The position numbers were made by a program, and so were the translations under genes. From assembly GCF_038025025.1 (NCBI RefSeq), contig NW_027117344.1, forward strand, positions 186,001 through 250,000: a stretch of 64,000 bases of DNA, written 5' to 3'. The stretch is from Phyllosticta citribraziliensis (taxonomy: Eukaryota). Positions within the stretch are counted from its first letter, which is position 1, and every line of letters starts with the position of its first letter. Positions 26,457 to 37,200 of the stretch are shown in pieces. The notes under the pieces are model-generated. The model was not told where the DNA came from and did not search any database. It worked only from the letters and a program-made list of their open reading frames with translations.

Positions 26457-26846
26457 TCAAGCGTTGTACAGCTCCCAGAGACGGTCGTAGAACACCTCCC
26501 ACTCCTTGGGAGTGTCAGGCATGATCGACTCGTTGTACAGGTCGACCCAGACCCCGCGGTACTCCACCTCTTGTCCGTTCCGGAGGGTCGCCAGAGTCTT
26601 GGTCTCGACGCTGAAGATGATGGTCTGCGTATTGTGCGCCAGGTTGAGAGCCTCCGCGGCCCGCGTGATGACGTACTGGCGACGGTGCGCTGGAAGGTCG
26701 GGGTGCTCCTCGATGAACTTGATCAAGAAGTCCACTTCGGCGTCTTCCTCCATGTCAGCGATTTGTGGGAAGGGGAGGGCGGCAGGGGACTCACACCAGT
26801 GCGAGGTACCGGCCGCGGCAGGGCTGAAGGAAGTGCTGCAAGACAT
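26457..26846 (-). CDS. Orphan tandem array member 11
   Basis: Intron 1 at 26794-26744. ...SHW-Y-AEVDFLIKFIEEHPDLPAHRRQYVI...RGVWVDLYNESIMPDTPKEWEVFYDRL. No intron 2, with an insert of about 16 aa in its place. Confidence 0.8.
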   Translation of the reverse strand: MSCSTSFSPAAAGTSHWCESPAALPFPQIADMEEDAEVDFLIKFIEEHPDLPAHRRQYVITRAAEALNLAHNTQTIIFSVETKTLATLRNGQEVEYRGVWVDLYNESIMPDTPKEWEVFYDRLWELYNA

Positions 26847-27672
26847 GGTGATTTCGGGTATACGGAGGTCGAGGTGTACTGAGGGTGGTCTGGCGAGGAG
26901 TTGTTGCTTAGGAACTGCTTTGATGAGACGTCAGCGCATGATCTCGGCGAGCTTCTCGCAACTGGCTGCTAACCTTGCGTCTGCTGGTGTTCAAGCTGGA
27001 AGCGTTGCAGCGGTTGAGTGCGTCGATGTAAGAGAAGAAGAGAGGAAGTGGAGAGTGCAGTGTTTGGTGCTCGCAAGCAAAAGAGCGGCAGCGGAGGGTT
27101 ATATAGGCATACGCCAACGGCGCAGGCGCTCGGCTACGACAATATACTGAACTGAACAGGCGCCTATTTCTCCAAGAAGAATTAACACCGCGACCGCCCG
27201 CGGACAGGATTTCCCAAAGCTTAACTTGTCGTGAGAAGTGTTAACTTTTGGCTTCCAACTTGCCCGCTTCGTGCGCAAAACAACGAGGGAAGAGAAGCAT
27301 GTTATAGATAGAAGGACTCGGCATGGCAAAAATTGATAGCACGTTGAAAAAGTCATTGAGGGACAAGACGGCAGAGGCTCGTCTTGCAGCGGAAGCCGAA
27401 GGTGAGAAATTCCAGCGTTCGCGGTCAGAAGCCAGAAGAGACGACATGTGGACGCTTAGTACGCATTTTCTACAATGAGGTTGTTCTGGGACAATGCCCG
27501 GCTTTTGTCACTGATGTTTGTAACTGACGCTCCAACAAGGAAGCAGAAGAAGATGCCATTGTTTGAAATTCAGGCCCGACCCATGCTGTCTACCAGAAGC
27601 TCTCTCCCAGGCCCCGTTCCTCCAAGGGTTGCTTGCATGAACTCTCAGATCATTCCCGGACATTGTGTGCTC

Positions 27673-28202
27673 TCAGCGGCCAGAGACGAGACGGCTATTC
27701 AGAAAGGTCAGTTCAAGAGACAAGAACAGCGCTCCAAGCCCAAGTCAAGCTTACCTTGCTTCCTCATCCAGGCACATGCGCAGCACCCTGGCGCGGAGGA
27801 CCAACAGCTTCCAAGAGTCATCATGCTCATTGGTGAGGCTCAAGGCCTCAAGAGCATCCCACACCTCGTCTGCCAAACAAGTCAGTCCAGCTCCCCACTC
27901 CCTCCACAGAAAGGACTGCATCATACCTTCGAACAAGTACGGACACGTCCAGTCCTTGTTGATGTGGAAGAGCTCCATGGCGACACTAAAGAGCAGCCCT
28001 TTGCGCGCGCTGTTGCCGCTCCAAGGGTAGAGCTCGATGACCCTCAATGCTCTGCCCAGCTCGTGGTCTGCTTGGTGGTTAGCTTTGGCAAGGTTCTTGG
28101 TGGGTTGGGGACGTGGGGTGACGTACAGGCGTCGCGCAAGTGGTCGGTGGTTCCAGTGGGGCCGTCGATTATCATCAGGCTTGAAAGGGGCGCGGAAGAC
28201 AT
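27673..28202 (-). CDS. Orphan tandem array member 12
   Basis: MSSAPLSS...HLRDA-Y-HELGRALRVIE...D-EVWDALEALSLTNEHDDSWKLLVLR. Intron 2 at 27926-27870; three introns in total. Confidence 0.8.
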
Positions 28203-28809
28203 GGCGTTGAGAGAAGTGTTTAAAGTAAAGTTGGTCAAGAGAAGTTGATGAATGAAGGTCGGTCGAGGGAGGTTGAATGGAAGAAGTCGAAGAGGTGGGT
28301 GGTGGTAGAAGATGTCGTGCCGGCCGGGCGACGGAGCATCCAGAATATATACGGCGCACCACTGGCGCAGGCGCAAAGTGAACACTTCAAAGTTAACACA
28401 CCAAAATAACACCCCAAAGTGAATCTGACTAATTCTTCATTACCGCACACACACAATTCATAGGTAAGAAAAGAGAAGACCCAGAGATCTCGTGTCTTGC
28501 GCCCCCTACTTTGTGCGGTGCGAACTCACTCATAATGATCCAATGCAAGACTCTGGAGAAAGAAAAGCCGCTGACGAGAGGCGGAGGAAGATGCCATTGT
28601 GTTGAAACCCAAGCCTGGCCGACGCTGCTCCCCAAGTGACCATCCAGTATCCGCTTCGCCATTCTTTTCCAAGCAACCAGGGCCCGCCATGACCGTTCAA
28701 TGCATGTCCCGAGCAGCGAAAACCGGCGGCAGCTACTTCAGAGAAAGAGAAGAGCGGACCGAAGCCACTGGACCAACCGAAAGCCCGCAGACAAGTCAAG
28801 CCCACGCCC

Positions 28810-29279
28810 TCAACATCCCTCCTCACCCGGACCCCATCCCAAGTAGACGCAATAGCGCAGCGAACTCATGCGATGGAGGTGATTCGTCCAAAACGGGCCC
28901 CTGTCTCTGCTCTGGCTCAGGCATTACAGCGTACTCCAAAGACGATCTGGCAGAGGAGTGAGTGCGTCAGCGAGATCGAAGCCCGCCCGCCCGGCCGGAG
29001 GCACGGAGGCCAAGGTGGGGAAGGTAGGTAGATGTACCGACGCCCTCGTACTGAGTGTTGCTGACCATGTTGGCGAGCGCCAGGGCGAAGTCGTCGAGGA
29101 TGCGCTTGCGCTGCTGCGTGGTCATGGTGCGGCTCTGCTCGACGAGGCAAATCATGTTGTCTATGGCCAAGTCTGAAGGGCGTGCGGTCAGCGTGGCACT
29201 TCTGCTTGGAGGGGCGGGAACTCCAGTCGCGAGTGATGGCCGTGGCGGTCGTGTTGGTGGGTTGAGTGACGATAGCCAT
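28810..29279 (-). pseudogene. Orphan tandem array member 13, pseudogene closest to member 10
   Basis: Intron-1 donor reads T|GGAGT instead of T|GTGAGT (29224), and there is an in-frame TAA at 28926-28924. Otherwise aligns: LAIDNMICLVEQSRTMTTQQRKRIL...D-RLWSTL*CLSQSRDRGPFWTNHLHR...GWGP. Confidence 0.75.
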
Positions 29280-29790
29280 GATGGACAGTTGAGGGATGTA
29301 TATCGAGTTTCAAGTGCGAACGTAATTGGTGGAGTGGTGGTTGAAAAAGAAGCTTCAAAAACCAGAGACGATGCTTCAAAAGCACAAGGCATGCGGTGCA
29401 CCACCAGTTCGGCTCCGGTGCAAGCGCAGACTCAAACGCAGATACAAAATGGTTGGCGCCAAAGTGAGTGAGTGCTCCAAAGTAAATGCCGCAAAAAGAA
29501 TCTTACTGATGCAACTGCGGCTCTCACCGCTCTCGGCTTGCAGGAATAGTTTGCTCGCCCGCTCAGAATAGACAGTGACTTCAACGACGCGAAAGTGTGG
29601 ACGAAGATGGAGTGGACGAGTCGATGGGAAGAAAGAGAGAGCTGGCAGCCGGCGCACCACCATGGGCACAGAAAAGATGAAAGCCGCCCTACGAGCAGCG
29701 GCAAAGTACCAAAGCAAAAAAGAGCGAACAAACCCTCCCCTTTCCCCCATTCCCCCCAATCCTTCCCCATCCCCAGATCAAAACGACAAC

Positions 29791-30406
29791 CTACAACCCA
29801 TACGCAAACCCCCTGCCCACAGCTCCCGTATCCACAGCGACATCAATCACATAATAGCACCGCTCGCGCCAAATATCCGCAACCTCCGGCTTACGGACCT
29901 TGCGGCGCAGCTTGCGATACACGCCGTTGACGCGCTGCGGGTTGAGCTGGCGGATGAGGTAGCCTTTGCTGAGGTGCCGCGAGAGGTGCGCGAGGTGGGA
30001 TGCGGTGCGTATGATGTCTGTGGTGGAGGGTTAGAGGGAGTGAGAGATTATGGGGGGGAAGGGAAAGGGGGACACACCGACTGTCACCTCATAACGCATC
30101 TTCGCCATGCTGTCGAGCTCCAGCGCCGCGAGGAGTAACCACCACTTGCGCCACTTCAGCGTGTTTCGCCGGTCGGCTGCTCTGTCGAGGCGTTCGTCGA
30201 TTTTGCGGTCTATACACAGCGCAGTTGGGTTCAGCGCTGGTTGTTGGAGTAGAATGGAGCGGAGGGAAGGGTTGGAAGTGGAGGGAGAGGAAGAGATGGA
30301 CGAAGAAATGAAGAAGGCAGCAGGCAGTAGGCAGCAGCGTACACATCCCCGGCGTGTCGAAATCATGAAAGTAGCGCGGCAAGTGGCCAGGGGGAAGGTT
30401 AGGCAT
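29791..30406 (-). CDS. Orphan tandem array member 14 (longest, terminal member)
   Basis: MPNLPPGH...PGM-Y-RKIDERLDRAADRRNTLKWRKWWLL...V-D-IIRT...KPEVADIWRERCYY. Has the same two phase-1 introns splitting Tyr and Asp. Confidence 0.75.
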
Positions 30407-32005
30407 GATGGAGTGATTGTAGCGGTCGTATGTCGTATGTGACGTCTGTCTCTATGTCCGTATGTCTGTATGCGTGTCTGTCTGTCTGTTGATGCGAGCG
30501 TGCGTGCGAGCGTGCTGCCGATGCGCAAAAAATGTCCGTTGGCGATATGTTTGTACGTATGCAGCAAAAGAGCGGATGATAGTGGTCGAGTTGAAGTCGT
30601 CGCGTCGCGTCGCGCAGGAAGAAGAGAGGGAGGGCTGCGAGGACGTCGGTGGACAGGGTGAGGTAAGCGCCAGACACACTTCTTCGCACGCCCATCGCGA
30701 CCGGAGCGGCGTGGGAGAAGGAGGAGGCGGGCACGTGCGGTGAGGAAGAAGATGGACGGCAAGGCTCCTGCTACGTTGGAAGACGCGGTTGCTTCTTGTA
30801 CGTTTGGCTGCCACCACGACTGTCAACGAAATCGACCCACGAAGTCCGTCAGAGAGCAAGTTGCCGATGCCAAACCGCTCTAACACCGCGGCATCATGAG
30901 CACTGGGCCGCAAGTCCCGCTCACTTACGCAGCGAGGTTCCTGTCTTGCGGAGGGGAAGCAGTGTAGTGCTCGTTCACAGAGGAGCGACGGGGCTGCTTT
31001 TATATCTCCATCTCGCCGCGTGCCACGCTGCTTGCTCGTTTTCGATCGCTGCTAGCAATGGCCGAGGATCCTGATTGATGATTGAATTGACGAAGGTGGT
31101 TTGGGTCAGCGACAGCGACTATGACAGCAACTGAGCGCAAAGCCCACGCTCACTCGCGCGCTGCTGGCACGTAAACGCGCGAAAGAACGGTCGTATTTCG
31201 GACGATAGTCTCTGAAAAAGACGGTGTGATGCATGCAGCATGCAAAGCTAGATCTACTCTTGAAGACCTGTCCGGGTATAGACAAGCTTGCCACGCCACG
31301 ATTCGTTCGTAGTTGCCATGTCGGCAAATCTCCATCAAGCTGCAGTCATAATTGGAAATGGGGAAACGAGGAAACAGAAGAACGATGGACAGACGACACT
31401 CTCATCTACTACTTGGGTACAAGTACATCATCTACAGTAACCAATCACTGCACCGCGCCCAGCAGTCCTGGAACAGAGGACAAGCAGCCAAGCCATGGAT
31501 AAGCAAGACACACACACGAGGGCAACGGACGAGGATAAAGACGGCAGAAAAACTTTTGGGTTTTTGTATGCGAGCAAAAGCAAACGACAGACTCCTTTCC
31601 TTGCTGATGAAGCTATGTCTGAAGCGACGAGCGCGAGACGGAGAAAAAAGCCAACTTGTGTTTGACAGAGCCAAGATGAAGGAAAAAAAGGACACCTACT
31701 CCCACTTTTGTTGCGTGCCGCAAGAGCTTGAATGGTACCGCCGTTATTCCGTCCAGACTAGACGAAAGGAAAGAAAAGGAGAAAATCAGATTCTACCCGA
31801 CTCCTTGAAAATGATTACAGACCGGAGTCTGTCATGTGCGAAACAGCTGGTCTGTCGAGTGTGACGGACATGCCGAAGCCCGTGGAGAATTGCTGTGGAA
31901 AGTTCAAAACGCTCGATTTCGACGGTTGCACGGAAAACTTTTCGATCGGATCAATGCAAGCAGAGCTCAAATGCAAGAGCGGACAGGTGGTGTGGTGCGA
32001 TGCGT

Positions 32006-34280
32006 CTATCGACCGAGACTCCAGGAGCGGATGGCCATGCCAGCGAGACGGAAGATGACTTGGGACATGCCTTTGCCGCTACTCTCGTCCTCGAGGAATT
32101 TCTTGGCAACGGCCATTTTGGCGCGATCATCCTCTTGCTCGTTGGGGTAAACCTGGGTTGTCAAATCAGGAAGATCAGGGAACCGGCCGCCGTAGTGACG
32201 GGCGACCATCATGGAGTAAATGACGTCACGAGACTCTATCATCCCAAGGATGTTGCGGCATTGGCCCAGGGTGGCCTCAATGTGCCGGGCAGACTCTTGA
32301 CTGTCGTCGCGAAAGGTGATGAAGGCTCCGAGGTTGCGCCAAAAGTCGACTTCGTACTCCTTGACGGGCACGATCTGCGGGTCGTAAATGAGCTCGGCGA
32401 TGGGGTTGAATGGCAGCACCTGGTATGTGAGCAGTGCCTCGAGAGCGTCCACGCGCAAAGCTGCCTCCTTTTGCAACAGGTCCAACTGATGCTCATTGGT
32501 GCCATTGGTGCCGTTCATGGCCGAAGGAGCCTCCCTCGGCAAGCTCAGCAGCTTCCAGATGAGTTGTGCCTCGAGACTAGTCGTTCTCCTCTGGTTTTCA
32601 TAGTCTTGCGCGACGCGAATCTGAGACACGAAGAATGCAAAAAGCTCCATTGCCGACTGGTCCGCCAACAGACGATGCAATCCTTTTGCCGAGTACCATG
32701 TTGTCTCGATGCAGCGATCTGCAGCAGGTGCGTAGTCTCTGGCAAAGAGAATCTTGATTTCCTCGACGGTGCTCGGGGGAATCGGACCAGGGTTGAGAGG
32801 CAGGGCGTGAGGAGGTACGTTTTGGAGGGAGAATAGCTCCTCGATTCGAATGCGCCGGCCTGGAAGGATTAGCGTGTTGTCTGGTTGACTGCTTGTGTTT
32901 GGTACCTTTCAGAGGCTGGCCCTCGGGCGAAGGCGGCGACAAGCTGCCAAGGCCATCCTGCTTCACGTATACGCGCGTGGAGGGATCGTATGCCACGGGC
33001 GGAATCGACATTGGCGGTTCGTTTCCTGCAAGGGCAGGGTCAATTGCAGAGGTGAGCTCGTAGGACGGATCGGGACCTGGAGCGGGTGGACTGGCCTGAT
33101 GGCCGGGCGGAGGAGCGTAGCTTGCGCCTGCTGGAGCGTAGCCCTGCGGGACGTGTGGCGGATAATTGACAGCGGGCGGAGGTGGAGGAGCAGTGACGGC
33201 GGCGGTCGAGGTTGGAGGTGGAGCGGCGCTAGGCGCGGGCTGGATTTGCGCGGGGCCGGGCTGCTGCTTGAAAATTGGGTCGTATCCGAGACACTCGCGC
33301 TTGCTCTTTTGACAATTGCGGCACGTCGGGTGTGCTTCGTCACACTGGAGCACGAGTAAGCCAATGGTGGTGGAATGGGCGGAGATGGTGAGCTGAGCGA
33401 GGTGGGAGTTGACGGCTGAGGTTGGAGTTGGAGCCGCAGCAGCAAAGTTCTCGCTTCGTTCCTTCCCTTGAAGCGAAGCGACACGCGACCGCGCCACGCG
33501 CTCTCAACCTCACCTCACCACGGCTCTGGCGCAAACTACGACGACGGCGATTCTTACCTTTATTCTGCGTTTCCTACAAGTCAAGCAACCCGTCTTTGTG
33601 CGGCGCTTAATCTCCTTCTTGTGCCTTCCACCCGACATGATTCTATTATCCTGGCCCGGCGGCGGGATCTGGTAGCGGACATGCGGCGGCGCCATGTTTG
33701 GCGGCATACCCATAGGCCCCGAAGTCATTCCCATGTGGTGGTGCTGCTGCTGCTGCTGCTGCTGCTGAGCCTGCGATGCATAATACGCGTTCATGGGCGC
33801 GACGGGCGGCGGGAGCGGCGGCGATCCGGACTGTTGCATGTGCTGCTGATGATGCTGCTGCTGGACCTGTCCGTCAATGGCGCGGATGGGAGGCAGGTTG
33901 AGCGATGGCAGCGACATGCTCGTCACCGTGGGCGACGCGCGATACGGCTCGACGCCGCCTTGAGCGCCTGCCGGGTGCGGATATGCATAAGTGGGCTGCA
34001 TGGAGGGAGATGGATAGGAGTGAGGAGACGAATGGGAGACTGGCGGCTGCTGGTTCTGCGTGGCAGCCGGCTTCTCGTGGTTGTTCTGCTGGGTCGGGGG
34101 AGTCGTCTTTTCTTGGGCCTGTTGGGTGGGAGGAGGAGGAGGTGGAGGATGGTCCGTCGAGGGCTGCGGGTGCGGCGGCGGTTGGGTCGGTTGCTGTGAG
34201 GGCTGAAGCTGGGGTTGCGGCGAGTGGTGATGGTTATCCGCAGGCGTCGGCGGGTGCGAATTGTTCGAGTGGTCGGCCAT
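32006..34280 (-). CDS. Zn(II)2Cys6 fungal transcription factor with a Pro/Gln/His-rich N-terminus
   Basis: Exons 34280-33558, 33344-32906, 32859-32006. Spliced binuclear cluster KRRTKTGCLTCRKRRIK|CDEAHPTCRNCQKSKRECLGY. Confidence 0.93.
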
Positions 34281-37200
34281 ATTTGATTACGGGCGCAGTA
34301 CACGTCGATGGCGCAAGGTTGCAAGATTCGAGATTAGCGCCTGCTCCTTCACGGACTCACTTCCCCAAGGAACGGGGCAGCGAGAGGCCAGCAAGGATGT
34401 GAGGGCAGAGTGATGAGAGGATGCGCAGGTTCGCTTGCAGCCGGCGAGACAGGGCAGGGCGGGCGTAAGTGGGTGACGAGAGTGGATGCTGGGGCGGCGG
34501 CGGAAAGAGGCGAGAGCGCGTGCTGCACAACTGAGGCGATCCCGGGCCTCCACCTGGCAGGGAGGGCAGACGGCAAAGGAAGGCGACTGACGGCGACGGC
34601 GACGGCTGCGCTGCACTGCACTGCACTGCACGGCGAGCGCAAGGTGCCCGCTTCAAGGGGCCAGCTGTGGAGAGTCTGCAGAGGGTTTGGTGATCAGCGG
34701 CATGATGGGAGGGCATGGGTGAGGCGCGGCGGCGGAGGGTGAGGGCGTGGGCGTCCAGTGCAGTGCCTCTCGGCCATCCATCAACCACGACGTCCGCATC
34801 ACGGCGGGCATGCAAAATCAAGGGACGGGGCAAGGAATTGGGCCAAAGGCTGTTGGACGGGAGGGCGGCAGCGGCAGCGGCAGCGGAACGGCGGAGGGAG
34901 GGTAGACTTACCTGAGCGGTCGAAGCGCAAGTTGGCAACGCAAGCGAGGATAGCCGAAATGTCGATGCGATGGAGCATTAAGCGACTGGCGGCCGACCGA
35001 CTCGACTCGCCCTGATCCGGGCGAAGGGACGGGGACGAAGAGGGTGCAGATTGAGGCGAAAAACGGGCTTGCAAAGACGCCTCTTGCTCGAATCACGCAC
35101 AGGGAAAAAAAATTGATGGGGGGACGCGGGAAACGGAGAGAAAGGACAAAGTCGCCCGATCACCATGCCAGCCCTGCCGTTAGTCCTAGTCCGGAAGGCC
35201 CCCTTAGCTAAGCATCTTTCGCCCTCACGCCCTCACGCCCTCCAACGTCTCTCTCGTCTCTCCCTCTCTCCCCTCTGGCCTGTCTGCGCCTCTCATCATC
35301 GCCCACGCCTCCATCACCACTGCACCCATGCCTCCCGCCGCAACCGACTTCCTCCCTCTCTTCTACCCTGCCGCTGCAGGCACACGCCCCATGTCCCAAT
35401 CCAACCCTCCCCGTGGCCTCCCGCTGCCGTATTCGGTCTGGGGCCACCTTTACGCCCGTTAGTCCCTCGTTGGCTTTCGTCAGGTCAATCCGCAGGGACC
35501 ACCTGTTCCTCTGTCTCCTGTTCCCTGGATTCCCGCACGCGCTGACATCCATCTCCAAGCATAACTGAGCATGGGCCGCCCAAGCGGCGCAGTAGCGCTT
35601 TACCCGCTGCGGCAAAGTCCCGTCCACTCGATGCGGGTGCTCCCTCCAGCTTTACACTATGCAGCTGACTTGGCCCCAAGAACCCTCTGTCGTTCTGTCT
35701 CAATCAGACCACCTCTTTTGACCAACTCCAACAAGTCTGAAGCTCACGTCTCTGCTGTTGCTCGCTTCTAGCCCCCAGATGCCACGGTGCTCTCCGGCCC
35801 ATGCTCTCGTCCAAAATTGGAACACCTGGCGTGGCGGTGCCAAACCATCTGCATCATCAAACTGTTACCTGTCATCACGGGTGGCCATTAATCCACTCGT
35901 TGCCCACGCGTACATCACCCGTGTGGAGTCAATCATGTACGACTCCATTCAACCTGGTCCAGAAAACGGCCCTTTTGCGGATGGACCTTGATATCCAAAC
36001 CCCCAGGATCCATTGGGCGTGGACGCGAGGTTTCGACACGGCGCCTGTTCCCAGCCCCGCTGCCAGGACCGACGATCATTTCGTCACCATCTACGCCCCT
36101 ACATGAACGAAACCTCGCAAATTGTTCGATGTCGGCAAATTGGACGCAACGACGAGAAATTCGACGCCGCAAATAGCTGTCGCGCAAGTTGTGACTCCCG
36201 CCAAAATTAAACGTTGCTGCCCGTCAATGCTATTCGTGGGGGAGGCGGCGAGACCAGTATGCGACCTGCCCTCCCAGCCCCTTGTTGTCGTCTGTCGGCT
36301 CGACCTTTCCCAGCGGGGATCCACGAAGCCCGGTGAAGATTTACCAGCAACCCTGCCAAGTTTGAAGACTTCATCGACGAGAACATGAAGCGCCATTGGC
36401 CACGTGCCTCACCTGGCGTGGTGCGTTTTGGCCCGTGGTCCGCGTGAGCTGCGGCATTTGATGTCCAGACAAACGTTTCCACGGACCTCTACGCATCCGC
36501 CAACAAGGAGTAGTCGTTTCGACAGCGGCGTCCATTATTGACGTGGTCCAGCCCGACACTTTTCTACAGGTCACCTCTGCGACTGGATACTTTGTGATAC
36601 GCGCGCCGGCACGAGAGGGCTGCATAAGAGCAGGGTATGCCAATGTAGGATTTGACCAAACGGCAATCACATGCATATGCCAATGCCAGTCCACGGGGAA
36701 GGGGTAAACGGGGTAAAGGCATAGCCAATCAAACGCCCGCAGATCATCGAGTTTGAGCCGAGCGGTGCGCAGAAGCGTCCATGCAAATCAGACGTCGCCC
36801 CCGAAGCCCACAGCTGTCAACGTTGTCAACTCTTGGATCGAGGTGGCTCTCTACGTCTAGTGACAATGCAGAGATCTCAGCTTCGACAGGTCACAACTCA
36901 CTGGATCAATAAAGGCCAGGCTCTTCGGCGCGGCCGAGAGCGATCTTCCCAAGGCTGCAAGCGAGTATCAAGAACCCCCTCCGACCGCAAAAAGGCCATG
37001 CCGCCAGCTATAGCACGACGATTGTATAGCCCTACAGACAATCTCATGTCACCGCCAACCAGAGCCTCCACAACATCAGTAGCCATTGCCAAAGGCGTAT
37101 GAGCCGCTAAGCACGTAAGAGTGGTCATTGATTTCGGTGACGATTCACCCCTATCATGACAACACAACATCGTCCCAGAAACTTAGCATGGCCGTCGCTT

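Noticed and set aside
31895..32836. 313-aa plus-strand ORF
   Set aside because: Antisense to exon 3 of the Zn2Cys6 gene.
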